From assembly GCA_963702005.1 (NCBI GenBank), contig OY969696.1, positions 1,824,001-1,888,000 on the forward strand: a stretch of 64,000 nucleotides of DNA, written 5' to 3'. The translations under genes were made by a program, and so were the position numbers. The stretch's first letter is position 1. Each line of letters begins with the position of its first letter. The notes under the pieces are model-generated. The model searched no databases and had not been told where the DNA came from. It was given only the letters and a program-made list of their open reading frames with translations. This document shows, in pieces, positions 46,919 to 57,213 of the stretch. Source of the stretch: Candidatus Aminicenantes bacterium. GTDB taxonomy: Bacteria; Acidobacteriota; Aminicenantia; Aminicenantales; JAFGBC01.

Positions 46919-48988
46919 GTGAAAAAAGCGATTTTTTCCATCTTGGCCATTAGTTTTTTATTTTCCCAGGCTCGGGTTCAGGCTGAGACTGCGGCCCAAG
47001 GCTCTCTCCCGGATAGATATAAAAAATGGCTGACCGAGGAGGCGGTTTACATTATCACTCCCCGGGAACGGGAAGTATTTCTGAAGCTCGCAACGGACCG
47101 TGAGCGCGACCTTTTTTCAGAAGCTTTCTGGAAGCACAGGAACCCGACACCCGGTGCGGCCGAGAACAGCTTCAAAACCGAGCATTACCGCAGGCTGAAT
47201 TACGCGAATACTTATTACGGACGGTCTTCTCCAAAGCCTGGCTGGCAGACGGACAGGGGGCGGACCTACATCATTTTGGGGGAACCCCGGCATATCGAGA
47301 GGTTCACGGGGGAGTCCGAGATCTATAACACCGAGGTCTGGTTTTATCAGGGTTTGACACAACTCGGCCTGCCTCCTGGCTTTAACCTCATGTTCTTCCA
47401 GAAGGGGGGAACGGGCGATTATGTCCTTTACAGCCCCGTCAATGATGGTCCCCAAGCGCTCCTGCCCGCGTATTTTGGCGACCGGGCGAACTCCGTCCAG
47501 GCTTACAAACAATTGAAACAAATTCAACCGAACTTAGCCAACGTGGCGATGTCGCTCATCCCCGAGGAATCATCTCCCTTCGGCCAGCCTTCCCTGGCCT
47601 CGGAAATCCTGATCCAAAATATCTATAGCGTCCCGCAGCGGCAGTTCAATGATACCTATGCCGAGAAGCTTTTGTTGTACAAGGATATCGTCGAAGTGGA
47701 CTATTCGGCCAATTACATCGATAGTGATTCCCTGGTTGCCGTGGTGAAAGACCCCTCAGGCCTGTATTTTGTCAACTATCTTCTGGAGTTGAAGAAGCTT
47801 TCTATCGCCGGCGATAGCGATACCTATTCCACCCAGCTTATCGTCAACGGAAATGTCACCAATCCAAAGGGGGAGTCGATTTTCCAGTTCGAGAACTCGA
47901 TCCCTTTGAAGCTTACGGAAGACGAACGCAAAAAAGTGACCTACAACCCCTTCGACATCCAAGAGATGTTTCCGCTCATTCCCGGCCAGTACCGGTTGTC
48001 CATCCTCCTGAAGAATGAGGTCTCCAAGGAATTCACTTCGATGGAGAAAGCGATCACCATTCCCGAGGTGGAATCCGTGCCCAGGATCGGACCTCTCCTT
48101 CTGGGATTCCGGACGACTTGCGACGTCCCGGGGACGGAGAAGGCCGCTATGCTCGCTCCCTTCAAGTTCGGGACTCAGCGCGTCTATTGCCAGCCGCGGG
48201 CCATGTTCCTCACCACGGATAAAATGTTCCTGGCCTTTCAGGCTCTGGGGCTGACTCCCGAGTTCAGGCAGAGAGGGCAGCTCAAATACGAAATATTCAA
48301 GGGAGAGGAGCCGGTCTTTTCGGCTGAAAAGAAGCTCTCCGACTATCCGGACACACTCAGCTGCGTCGAAGAATTTTCCATGGAAAAATATCCCCCCGCG
48401 GACTACAAGATCCGGGTCAGCCTCATGGACGGTCCTGATGTCCTGGGCGTGGGTGAAGAAAGGTTTGAAGTGACTTCAGTGGCGAGCTTTCCGCGACCCT
48501 GGAATTATTCCCGTTCGTTGGCTGCGCCCAAGGAATCCATTTATCCGCTCATGCTGGGCACGCAGTACCTCAACGCCGGAGAAAAAGCGAAGGCGCGGGC
48601 TCAGTTCGAGAAGGTCTATCAAAATCCGCCGGCGTCGCTCCTATACGCCATGAACCTGGCCCGCGGATTTTTCGAGCTTGGGGATTTTCCGAAGACCGTC
48701 AAGCTTTTAGCACCCTTTTCGGAAGTGGCCGATAAACACTACGAGGTCTTTTTCATGCTCGGGCGGTCCTATCAGGCGCTCGGGGATTGCGGCCAGGCTT
48801 TGGCCTTCTACCAGAAGGCGCTTTCTCATTTTGGGGCGAATGTCCCGCTTCTCAACAGCTTGGGAGAATGTCATCTGAAACTCGGACAAAAGGAAGAGGC
48901 TATCTCCGCCTGGAAAAAATCGCTGGAGTTGAATCCTCGACAACCGGAGCTCAAGGCCAAGATGGATGCCTTGCACTCCCGACTATAA
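46919..48988 (+). CDS. GWxTD domain protein with TPR repeats
   Basis: Signal peptide; KKWLTEEAVYIIT..E, FW..RNP and GWQTDRGRTYIILGEP. Confidence 0.9.
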   Translation: MKKAIFSILAISFLFSQARVQAETAAQGSLPDRYKKWLTEEAVYIITPREREVFLKLATDRERDLFSEAFWKHRNPTPGAAENSFKTEHYRRLNYANTYYGRSSPKPGWQTDRGRTYIILGEPRHIERFTGESEIYNTEVWFYQGLTQLGLPPGFNLMFFQKGGTGDYVLYSPVNDGPQALLPAYFGDRANSVQAYKQLKQIQPNLANVAMSLIPEESSPFGQPSLASEILIQNIYSVPQRQFNDTYAEKLLLYKDIVEVDYSANYIDSDSLVAVVKDPSGLYFVNYLLELKKLSIAGDSDTYSTQLIVNGNVTNPKGESIFQFENSIPLKLTEDERKKVTYNPFDIQEMFPLIPGQYRLSILLKNEVSKEFTSMEKAITIPEVESVPRIGPLLLGFRTTCDVPGTEKAAMLAPFKFGTQRVYCQPRAMFLTTDKMFLAFQALGLTPEFRQRGQLKYEIFKGEEPVFSAEKKLSDYPDTLSCVEEFSMEKYPPADYKIRVSLMDGPDVLGVGEERFEVTSVASFPRPWNYSRSLAAPKESIYPLMLGTQYLNAGEKAKARAQFEKVYQNPPASLLYAMNLARGFFELGDFPKTVKLLAPFSEVADKHYEVFFMLGRSYQALGDCGQALAFYQKALSHFGANVPLLNSLGECHLKLGQKEEAISAWKKSLELNPRQPELKAKMDALHSRL

Positions 48989-49059
48989 TTATCGACTATC
49001 GTTAAGGCCCGGAACCGATGACCGTTGGGGCGGAAAATCTTCCCGGGCGGGGGATTGCG

Positions 49060-50850
49060 TCACTTGCCGATCCAACCCTGGTAAATCATCTCCTGATCCG
49101 GGCTCGGGCTCGGAAGCCTCTTGATGCGGTATCCGGGATCTATTTTTTTGGCCAGGACGACCGAGACCTCTTTTTCCTCGCCACCCCGGGAGAAGCGGAC
49201 GACGACCGTATCCCCGGGCTTTTTGGAATCGATGATCTTCTTCATGGCCGCGGCATCGACCGTGACGCCGTCCAGAGCTAATATCACGTCCCGGGGAGCG
49301 ATGCCCGCGAGCCCCGCCGCGGAATGACCACCCGCACTCCAGACGAAAAGCTTGCCGTCCCGCTCCCGGACCGTCGCTCCCAGGTCGGCCTCGTCGAGTT
49401 CCTTGGGCAACTCGACCTCCAACCCGGCATAGCCGAGGTATTTGGGATAATCGACGGCCTTGGTCGTATCGGCGTATTCAAAGATTTCGCCCAGGGGTGC
49501 GCCGGCGATGCGTTCGCAAACTTCCTGGAATTCCGCATCTGAAAATCCGCGGCCTTTCTCCTTGTAGTATTCTTGATAAAGAGTCCTCATCACGTCGTCG
49601 AGAGACTTGGCGCCTTTCGTTTCCTGCCGGATCTTGAGGTCCAGGAGGAACGCGATGCCCGCCCCTTTATCATAGTAGGAAATCGATTTCTCGGGATCGC
49701 CTCCGAACGGGCCCTGGTCCCAGGATTCGTAGCTCGACTGCGCCGCGGACTGGACGAGACGGCCCGGCCTGTTCTCGTAGCCGGCGATCGGCGAACCCAC
49801 GGACTCGAGCATCTCGGGGGCGGTCATGAAACCCGCGCGCCTGAGAATCATGAATTCGTAATAGACCGTGAACCCCTCGGACATCCAGAGCAGGCGCGTT
49901 CGGTTGGATCTGTCGTAATCGAAGGGCCCCAGCTCGACGGGACGGATTCTCTTGACGTTATAGAGGTGAAAGTACTCGTGGGCCAGGAACGCCAGCGTGC
50001 CCCGCTTGTCCCGGGCCGAATATCCGCCGAGTCCGTCGAGGCTGACGGCCTGGGAATTCATGTGCTCGATGCCTCCCCGGCCGGGGCCCACCGCCAGAAA
50101 CGTGTAGTGCTTATAGGGGATTTCGCCGATGATCGACACGGCCGCTTCGACGACGCGCTTCAGGTCGGACGTGAATTCCGCCCGGTTGAAATCCCCCAAA
50201 TTCCAGCCGACGAAACTATGCGGGACTCCCCGGACTTCGAAGGACAGCGTCTCAAGGTTGCCGACGAGTATCGGGCAGTCATAGAGGACGTCGAAGTCGG
50301 GGGCGGCGAAGGTGTTGGGCGTTCCGGGAACCGGATCGAGCCCGGTGGCGACGTCCTTCCATTTTTTATAGGGTTTCACCATAACCGTCACCGGATGCTT
50401 GATTTGTCCGGCGGCGTGCATGAAAACGCCGACCGGAGCGATATAGGCGCGATTTTCATCCAAATAGCTCTGGACGATGAACTGGACGGTCGCCTTCACG
50501 TCGTAGGAAACCGTCAGGGGCGACACGTTCCCAGTCTGGATCCGCCAGCAGTTGGCCGCGGTCTTTTCCCACTTCAGCGGATTCCCCGATCCGTCGACGG
50601 CCCTGAAATCCTGGACGTTTCCGGCATAATCGATAATTCCATAATAGCCCGGCATCCAGACCGGCATCTTGAAATCCTGCGTCTCACCCTTCAATCCTTC
50701 GCAGCGAAGGACGATGTGGAACAGGTGCGAAGCCGGTTCGTTCATGGAGACCGTGAAGGCCATGGTGCCGTCCGGAGGCGCGGCGAAGGCTAAGGCGGCT
50801 ACGACGAGCCATATCATTATGAACGCGAATGCCCTGGGCCGAGTTTTCAT
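49060..50850 (-). CDS. M61 glycyl aminopeptidase with PDZ domain
   Basis: MPVWMPGYY, GGIEH, AHEYFHLYNVKRIRP, LWMSEGFTVYY, SYYDKG and C-terminal PDZ. Confidence 0.92.
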   Translation of the reverse strand: MKTRPRAFAFIMIWLVVAALAFAAPPDGTMAFTVSMNEPASHLFHIVLRCEGLKGETQDFKMPVWMPGYYGIIDYAGNVQDFRAVDGSGNPLKWEKTAANCWRIQTGNVSPLTVSYDVKATVQFIVQSYLDENRAYIAPVGVFMHAAGQIKHPVTVMVKPYKKWKDVATGLDPVPGTPNTFAAPDFDVLYDCPILVGNLETLSFEVRGVPHSFVGWNLGDFNRAEFTSDLKRVVEAAVSIIGEIPYKHYTFLAVGPGRGGIEHMNSQAVSLDGLGGYSARDKRGTLAFLAHEYFHLYNVKRIRPVELGPFDYDRSNRTRLLWMSEGFTVYYEFMILRRAGFMTAPEMLESVGSPIAGYENRPGRLVQSAAQSSYESWDQGPFGGDPEKSISYYDKGAGIAFLLDLKIRQETKGAKSLDDVMRTLYQEYYKEKGRGFSDAEFQEVCERIAGAPLGEIFEYADTTKAVDYPKYLGYAGLEVELPKELDEADLGATVRERDGKLFVWSAGGHSAAGLAGIAPRDVILALDGVTVDAAAMKKIIDSKKPGDTVVVRFSRGGEEKEVSVVLAKKIDPGYRIKRLPSPSPDQEMIYQGWIGK

Positions 50851-51088
50851 TCCATAGTCTCCTTTGCGTTAACCTTAACTCATCGGCACACGCCATTATA
50901 ATCCTTTCTTCCGCCACCCCTATGTTTTTTTGTGCTCCCCCATGACGACCGTGCCTGCCGGACGAGGCGCGTTATGAGCCGTCGCGCTTGATGCCCATGG
51001 GCCCTGAACGCCGAAGGCAGTTTGTCCGGAATTCCATTCTTCACCCGGCCCGGCAAATCTGGTATCATAGCCCGGGCGAATAACGACC

Positions 51089-52006
51089 ATGAGCGCGATC
51101 ATTACCGCCAAAGACCTCGTCAAGAAGTACGGCGATTTAACGGCCGTGGACGGGATTGCCTTCGAGATCGAAGAAGGGGAGTGCTTCGGCTTCCTGGGGC
51201 CGAACGGCGCCGGCAAGACCTCGACGATCAAGATGATCCACTGCGTCTCGCCGGTCACGGCCGGATCGCTCACGGTCGCGGGCCTCCCCGCCCATATCGA
51301 CAACCGCGTCATTAAAAAGATGACCGGCGTCATCCCCCAGGAGATCACCCTCGACAACGACCTGACCGTTTACGAGAACCTCATCGTCTTTTCGAAGTTC
51401 TTCGACATCCCCCGCCGCGAGGCCAAGGTCCGGATCGCGGAGCACATCAAGTTCGTCGAGCTCGAAGCCAAGCGGAACAGCCGGATCAGCCAGCTCTCGA
51501 CGGGCATGAAGCGCCGGCTTCTCATCGCACGCGCCCTGCTCAACAATCCTAGGCTCATCATCGCCGACGAGCCGACCACCGGCCTCGACCCCCAAGCGCG
51601 CCACCTCATCTGGCAGAGATTGCGCCAGCTCAAGGCCCAGGGCGTGACTCTGATCCTGACGACCCAGTACATGGAGGAAGCCCAACAGCTCTGTGACCGG
51701 ATCGTGATCATGCATCAAGGGAAGATCCTCAAGGAAGGCCTTCCGGGCCGGATGATCGAGGATGAGATCGGACGCGAGGTCGCCGAAGTCCGGATTCCGG
51801 CCGAGGAGGACGCCCGCCTTATCGCCCAATTGGGCGAGCTGAGCTGCGGCCACGAGAGGGTCGGGGACACGTTGTTCTTCTACTGCAAGGACGGCCACGG
51901 CCTGCGGCACAAACTCAGCGAGCTCGACCTCCCCAACACGGTCCACCGGCCGGCCACCCTCGAGGACGTCTTTCTGAAACTCACCGGACGGAGCCTGATC
52001 GAATGA
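51089..52006 (+). CDS. ABC-2 exporter ATP-binding protein (NodI-like)
   Basis: GPNGAGKT, LSTGMKRR and DEPTTGLDPQARH. Confidence 0.92.
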   Translation: MSAIITAKDLVKKYGDLTAVDGIAFEIEEGECFGFLGPNGAGKTSTIKMIHCVSPVTAGSLTVAGLPAHIDNRVIKKMTGVIPQEITLDNDLTVYENLIVFSKFFDIPRREAKVRIAEHIKFVELEAKRNSRISQLSTGMKRRLLIARALLNNPRLIIADEPTTGLDPQARHLIWQRLRQLKAQGVTLILTTQYMEEAQQLCDRIVIMHQGKILKEGLPGRMIEDEIGREVAEVRIPAEEDARLIAQLGELSCGHERVGDTLFFYCKDGHGLRHKLSELDLPNTVHRPATLEDVFLKLTGRSLIE

Positions 52007-52770
52007 ACCTCTCCTACCGGATCGGCTACGTCTTCTTCCGGAATCTGATGTCCTATAAAAGGTTCATCGTCCCGACCTTCATCGCCAGCCTCATCCAGCC
52101 CCTCTTCTACCTGGTGACCTTCGGGATCGGAATGGGCGCCTACATGGGCTATTTCGGCGGCAAGCCCTACCTCAATTTCCTCGTCCCCGGCGTCCTCATC
52201 TCGTCCGTCATGCTTTCGGCGTCCTTCGAGTGCCTGTACGGGACCTTCATCAAAATGATCCACGAGAAGCTCTACGATTCGCTTCTGGCGACGCCGGTCT
52301 CGGCCGAGGACGCCGTCGCGGGCGATATCGCCTGGGGCGCCTTCCGGGGCCTCGTCAGCGGAACCCTGATGATGCTGGTCGCCATGGTCATGGGCGTCAG
52401 CCCGGTCTCGATCCCGAGCGTCCTCCTCCTTTTCGTCCTGATGATCTTCGTCGGGGCCCTATTCGGGTCGCTGGCCATGATCGTGACCTCGTTCGCCCCC
52501 AACTTCGACTTTTTCAGCTACTACACGGAGCTCATCCTGACTCCGATGCTGTTTTTCTCGGGCGTCTTCTTCCCCCTGGACCGCTTCCCGGGCTGGATGA
52601 AGTCCTTCGCCCAGTTCATGCCGCTGACCCACGCCGTCGCGATCGCCCGGGCCGTCTTCTCCGGCGTTTATCCGAAGGGCCTAATCGTGAACTTCCTCAT
52701 CATCATCGGCCTGGAATCGGCCGCTTTCTACGCCGGCCTCAAGCTCATGAAGCGCCGGCTGGTCAAGTAA
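52003..52770 (+). CDS. ABC-2 exporter permease (NodJ-like)
   Basis: YLNFLVPG, FSGVFFPL and PLTHAV; ATGA overlap. Confidence 0.9.
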   Translation: MNLSYRIGYVFFRNLMSYKRFIVPTFIASLIQPLFYLVTFGIGMGAYMGYFGGKPYLNFLVPGVLISSVMLSASFECLYGTFIKMIHEKLYDSLLATPVSAEDAVAGDIAWGAFRGLVSGTLMMLVAMVMGVSPVSIPSVLLLFVLMIFVGALFGSLAMIVTSFAPNFDFFSYYTELILTPMLFFSGVFFPLDRFPGWMKSFAQFMPLTHAVAIARAVFSGVYPKGLIVNFLIIIGLESAAFYAGLKLMKRRLVK

Positions 52771-52850
52771 GGTTCAGCCCGGATCCCACAAGCGTATTCC
52801 CTGCCGGGCTTTCCCGCTCTCGAAGGACGGCTCGACGGCTTTGTTGATCG

Positions 52851-54212
52851 CTATTTTTTGATGGGCTCAAGGCCAGGGGCCGGCGGCCCGTCGTTTTGCC
52901 GAGTCGCGGCCTTATCACCCTCCCGGCTTTCGACGATCGCTTCTTCGACCGTATGAGTCGGGCTCAAGATTCGAGTTAATCGGTTTTGCCGATAAAGGTC
53001 AATCACCGCCCGGACCGTCAAATGTTCGTCCTTGATCAGATAGATATCGATAAAATTTTCCTTCAACATATAGAACGCAATTTCCCCGATCCTGTTGGTA
53101 AACAACAAGTCCAAATCGTACTGGATGACCGCCTTCACGACATTGAGACCGACGTGTTGTTTTCGATCCAGGAATTCGTTCAGATAGAAATCCTCGATGA
53201 CGGCTTCGTTTTCATCGATGCTCAAAATGACAAAATACGGCGCCCGCCCGAAGTGGCAGTAGGCTTTCGAATCCAACCCGTTGATTTCCGAGACGGGGAC
53301 GATGGCTTTCAGCTTAATTTGACGGGAGGGCTCAGCATGCACGAAAACGGATTCGACCGTCGTGAATTTTTGGATGATCTGTTTTTCGATTTCATCGCCG
53401 ATCGCGTGGGCCTGATAGATGCTGACCGAGGGGTTGGCGGCGAACTTCAATTCCACCATGCGGAACGGACCGGCCTGGCGGACCCTGATGTCTTTGATGC
53501 TCTTGACGCCCGGGATATCCGACAGCGTCTGTTCGATTTGTTCCTTCAAGGATTGATCCAAATTGGCGTCCAACAACGCCAGCAGCGATTTCCAGGCATT
53601 TTCCAATCCCAGCTTAAGAATCAACAGGGAAATCAAAATGATAATAACGCCTTCGACGTATCGGATCTGCCGGTAGGCCGTGAGAATTCCGAACAGAACG
53701 ACGATGGACGAGGCGATGTCCAGCATGGATTCCCCGGCGTTGGCAAGCAGAGACTGGGAATTGATGGCTTTGCCGATTCGCTTTTCTTTTCGGGCGATGA
53801 AGAATGCGGCCACGATCGAGAGGACGGATACGGCCACCGGCAAAACCGGGAATGGGATCAGCGGCGGTACAAAGAAGAGTTTATGATAGCCGTCCAGCAA
53901 CAATTCGACGCCGGCCCAAAAGATGAGGGCTCCGATGATCAAGGTTACCAGCGTTTCCGCCTTGAATAGGCCATAGGGAAAACGCCGGCTCTTTTCTCGA
54001 GAGGCCAGCCATAATCCAAACGCGGAGGCGAAAATGGCCACGGCATCCGCGGTGCCGTGAAAGGCGTCGGCGACCAAAATCTTGGAATTAAAACGGGTGC
54101 CGACGACCCATTTTAACGCCGAAATCAGAAGCGTGACCGCCGTTGCCCACAGGGCGACTCTTTGTCCCGTTTTTAGCCGGGCGGTCCGTCCCGCCATATC
54201 CTGACTCCTCAT
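52851..54212 (-). CDS. Cation diffusion facilitator fused to a C-terminal NifB/NifX-like domain
   Basis: ADAFH..D, FPYG..KAE, VFVHAEP, then HFGRAPYF. Confidence 0.88.
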   Translation of the reverse strand: MRSQDMAGRTARLKTGQRVALWATAVTLLISALKWVVGTRFNSKILVADAFHGTADAVAIFASAFGLWLASREKSRRFPYGLFKAETLVTLIIGALIFWAGVELLLDGYHKLFFVPPLIPFPVLPVAVSVLSIVAAFFIARKEKRIGKAINSQSLLANAGESMLDIASSIVVLFGILTAYRQIRYVEGVIIILISLLILKLGLENAWKSLLALLDANLDQSLKEQIEQTLSDIPGVKSIKDIRVRQAGPFRMVELKFAANPSVSIYQAHAIGDEIEKQIIQKFTTVESVFVHAEPSRQIKLKAIVPVSEINGLDSKAYCHFGRAPYFVILSIDENEAVIEDFYLNEFLDRKQHVGLNVVKAVIQYDLDLLFTNRIGEIAFYMLKENFIDIYLIKDEHLTVRAVIDLYRQNRLTRILSPTHTVEEAIVESREGDKAATRQNDGPPAPGLEPIKK

Positions 54213-54215
54213 TTT

Positions 54216-54626
54216 TTACTTTATGGCGGCCGAGGGACAGGCCGAAATGCAATTCCGGCAGTTGGTGCATGTCTCGGTCATGATAAAGGCTCTATCGTCT
54301 CTCATCTCGATGGCCGTCTCCGGGCAGACAGGAATGCAATTTTGGCAACCCGTACAGGCATCCGGGTCGACCACGGGCTTTGGAGAGGCGGCGGCATCCC
54401 GTCCGGACGTATCGATGCCGGAAGCGTTGAACTGCCGGGTCATACTTGAACCGCAGTTGGGGCAGGCGGTCTGATAGCAGGGGATTCCGATGCGATGGGG
54501 CACGGCCGTGCCGCAATGGGGACAGATGCAAATTTCAGGCCTTAGGTCCATGCTTCCGCGCCCCCCGCCCATACCGCCCCGCCCGTGCCTCCCTCTTCCG
54601 CGTCCTCGTCCAGATCCAAAGCGCAT
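54216..54626 (-). CDS. Gly/Arg-rich + Zn-ribbon + 2x[4Fe-4S] small protein
   Basis: GRGRGRG tract; CICPHCG...H..G.PC...CPNCG; CTGCQNCIPVCP and CTNCRNCISACP. Confidence 0.85.
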   Translation of the reverse strand: MRFGSGRGRGRGRHGRGGMGGGRGSMDLRPEICICPHCGTAVPHRIGIPCYQTACPNCGSSMTRQFNASGIDTSGRDAAASPKPVVDPDACTGCQNCIPVCPETAIEMRDDRAFIMTETCTNCRNCISACPSAAIK

Positions 54627-54638
54627 GGTGACCTCCCG

Positions 54639-55475
54639 TCATGTCGTTGTGACCACGAGATCTCCTTTTCGAACGCCTAGATGATCGGCCACATGGTCGC
54701 ACTTAGCCATCAACAGGAAATAGATGTTCTTATCGATCCGACCCAGCCCTTCATAATTGCCCTGTCCCTTGGTAATGACGAGGTCGGCCCGATTGAAAAT
54801 GGCCTTGAATTCGGTCGAAGTGTTCTCTAGAACCGTTCCCGGCGCGTCGTCACCGGTGGATAGGACCCGGGCGATCTTATCGATTCCAACCGCTTGCGCA
54901 TCTTCGATCGTCGCATCGTTGATGACCGGAGCGCCCCGGACGGCGAAATAGACATTCGGATGCCGGATCGTCTCCAGCAAAATTCGATCCAGCACGATTT
55001 CACCCGCATTGTCGCCGAGATAGAGCAGCATTTTTGCCCGGGGAATGGAAGCCCGCAGGGATTCCGAATCGTCGACGGCCAAGACCATCGATGGGACCCG
55101 ATTCAAGGTTTCAACGATATCAAACGGGCGGTTCGGGCCAAAGTCGATTACATTACCCGCGATCGCCAGTCTCAATGCCGTCAGAAAAGGGTCTGCCGCT
55201 TCGACCACCAATTTCTTCAAGCCTGGATAGTATTCCAACATCAACCTGTTGAAAGTCCGCTTGATATCAAGATAGGGGTCCGGAATCTTCAACACGTCGC
55301 GGATGATGCGATGCATCTCCTGGCCCATTCGGGGCGGGGACTGGTTGTAATCGAGTTGGCCGAGATAGGCGAGCAAGGCGCGCATTGCCGCTTCTTGCTT
55401 CTCTTTCGGCACCAATCCTCTTCTGAACAGCGTGACCAGACTACCGACGGCGCAGGGGATACAGTCGTATGTCAC
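54639..55475 (-). CDS. DUF89/ARMT1-like damage-control phosphatase
   Basis: DCIPC, DPY, AIAGNVIDFG, DNAGE, INDAT and KGQGNYE; start uncertain (GTG at 55475, ORF open to 55613). Confidence 0.85.
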   Translation of the reverse strand: MTYDCIPCAVGSLVTLFRRGLVPKEKQEAAMRALLAYLGQLDYNQSPPRMGQEMHRIIRDVLKIPDPYLDIKRTFNRLMLEYYPGLKKLVVEAADPFLTALRLAIAGNVIDFGPNRPFDIVETLNRVPSMVLAVDDSESLRASIPRAKMLLYLGDNAGEIVLDRILLETIRHPNVYFAVRGAPVINDATIEDAQAVGIDKIARVLSTGDDAPGTVLENTSTEFKAIFNRADLVITKGQGNYEGLGRIDKNIYFLLMAKCDHVADHLGVRKGDLVVTTT

Positions 55476-55669
55476 CCTGAGTGGTGCTTCGCGTTCAGGC
55501 TGCAAAAATATTCTCCCCTCGGCTAAGCCCGCTGAACCCGGTCGACGAATGCTTAGGAACAGAATTATAGGACCTCCGCCTCTTATCCACAACCTCCATC
55601 GGAGGCTCTTCATTATTCTTTTTCATAGGCATTTCGTTTTCTGCCGGTGCCGTCGGCGATAGTTCCCGC

Positions 55670-55698
55670 TTGACAAAAGGCGGCACGGAGATTATATT
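55670..55698 (+). promoter_or_regulatory. Sigma70-type promoter of the fur-led operon
   Basis: TTGACA-17 bp-TATATT. Confidence 0.75.
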
Positions 55699-55701
55699 AT
55701 A

Positions 55702-55720
55702 AATGAAAATGATTATCAAT
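55702..55720. promoter_or_regulatory. Fur box
   Basis: AATGAAAATGATTATCAAT, a 7-1-7 inverted repeat TGAAAAT-G-ATTATCA just downstream of the -10. Confidence 0.75.
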
Positions 55721-55739
55721 ATCCATAAGAGGTGATCGC

Positions 55740-56186
55740 TTGCCCGGACATCATCAGTGGCAACACCGGTTTCGGGAGAATGTTTGTCGTTGGACGGCGC
55801 CCCGCGAAGTCATTCTCAACCTCCTCAGCCGCTCGACCCGACATATGAGCGCAAAGGAAATCTACGGCGCCTTGGTTGCCATGTATCCGGGCCTCGGTTT
55901 GACGACCGTCTACCGAACCCTGGAATTGCTCCATCGGCTGGGGTTTGTTCAAAAAGTCTCATCGGGCGACGGACAGAGCCGTTACGAGCTCAGGAGCGAG
56001 GATAAAAAAGGCCATCATCACCATCTCATTTGCACCAAATGCGGGGAAATCATCGATTATCGCGACTTCATCCAGGAAGAGCTGGATCTGGTGAAAAAGA
56101 CGGAAGAAACTCTGGCCAAAAAGCACAATTTCCTGATTCAGGACCACGCCATCGAATTCTTGGGGTTGTGCGAAAAATGCCGCTGA
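55740..56186 (+). CDS. fur: Fur-family transcriptional repressor
   Basis: HMSAKEIY, TTVYRTLELL, HHHHLICTKCG and GLCEKC. Confidence 0.92.
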   Translation: MPGHHQWQHRFRENVCRWTAPREVILNLLSRSTRHMSAKEIYGALVAMYPGLGLTTVYRTLELLHRLGFVQKVSSGDGQSRYELRSEDKKGHHHHLICTKCGEIIDYRDFIQEELDLVKKTEETLAKKHNFLIQDHAIEFLGLCEKCR

Positions 56187-56222
56187 GTCTTCTGTCATGC
56201 TTATGAAAAGGAGGTCAACATC

Positions 56223-56615
56223 ATGCCGGCAGGCGATCGAACGGGGCCCTGGGGACTCGGTCCCAGGACAGGAAGAGGCCTCGGCTACTGTTCAGGATTT
56301 CAGGCTCCCGGGTTCATGTTTCCCGGGCCCGGTCTGGGTTTTGGCCGGGGTTTCGGCTACGGAAGAGGCCGGGGCAGGGGGATGGGCCTCGGCAGCGGCC
56401 GCGGATTTTGGCGGCCTCGTTTCGGCGGCTTCTATGGCTATCCTTATTCCGCGATGGCTCCTTTTCCCTATGGGCCTCCGGACAATCCATTCAGCCGAGG
56501 AGATGAAGAAGCCGTTCTCGCCGGGCAGGCTGAAGCGATGGAAGCGGGGCTCCGTCAGATCCGGGAGAGGCTTGAAGAATTAAATAAATTGAAAAAGGCA
56601 AAAGAGGAAAAATGA
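56223..56615 (+). CDS. DUF5320 family protein
   Basis: MPAGDRTGP.G.GP.TGRGLGYC, Gly/Arg tract and C-terminal coiled coil. Confidence 0.85.
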   Translation: MPAGDRTGPWGLGPRTGRGLGYCSGFQAPGFMFPGPGLGFGRGFGYGRGRGRGMGLGSGRGFWRPRFGGFYGYPYSAMAPFPYGPPDNPFSRGDEEAVLAGQAEAMEAGLRQIRERLEELNKLKKAKEEK

Positions 56616-57151
56616 AAATCGCCGTATCCGCCTCATCCCCCGAGTTGGACAGTTCCGTCGATCCGCGCTTCGGCCGCTGTGCTTATTTCTTGATTGTCGA
56701 TACGGAGACAATGGCATTCGAGGCCGTGGAAAATTCCTATGTCAGCGCCTCCGGCGGCGCCGGAATTCAGGCCGCTCAGCTCGTGGCCGGGAAGGGCGCG
56801 CAGGCCGTCTTGACCGGAAGCTGCGGCCCGAACGCTTTTCAAACCCTGAAGGCGGCGGGCGTGAAGGTCGTGGTCGGCGTCACGGGGACCGCGAGAGAGG
56901 TCGTCCGGAGCTATGCTTCCGGCGCCGAATTCAAGGAGGCGAGCGGGCCCGATGTTCCTCCGCATTTTGGAATGGGCAGGGCGGCAGGCCGAGGAAGGGG
57001 AATGGGCGGGCCTCAAGGAGGAGGAGCGGCCGGACCCTTGGGGCAGCCGCCGGATGAGCTTGAGTCGCTGAAAAGGCAGTCCCAGGACCTTCGCCGCCAC
57101 CTGGACCTGATTGCCGAGAGGATTGCCGCCCTGGAAAAGAAAGGGCAATAG
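56612..57151 (+). CDS. NifB/NifX-family (orange-protein-like) protein with Gly/Arg and coiled-coil tail
   Basis: DPRFGRCAYF, GAGIQAAQ and TGSCGPNAF. Confidence 0.88.
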   Translation: MKIAVSASSPELDSSVDPRFGRCAYFLIVDTETMAFEAVENSYVSASGGAGIQAAQLVAGKGAQAVLTGSCGPNAFQTLKAAGVKVVVGVTGTAREVVRSYASGAEFKEASGPDVPPHFGMGRAAGRGRGMGGPQGGGAAGPLGQPPDELESLKRQSQDLRRHLDLIAERIAALEKKGQ

Positions 57152-57213
57152 CTTACGTCCCTTTCGTGAGTCGAAACGGACCTTAGCCGAAGATAAGAAG
57201 TGAGGTGTCGCAC

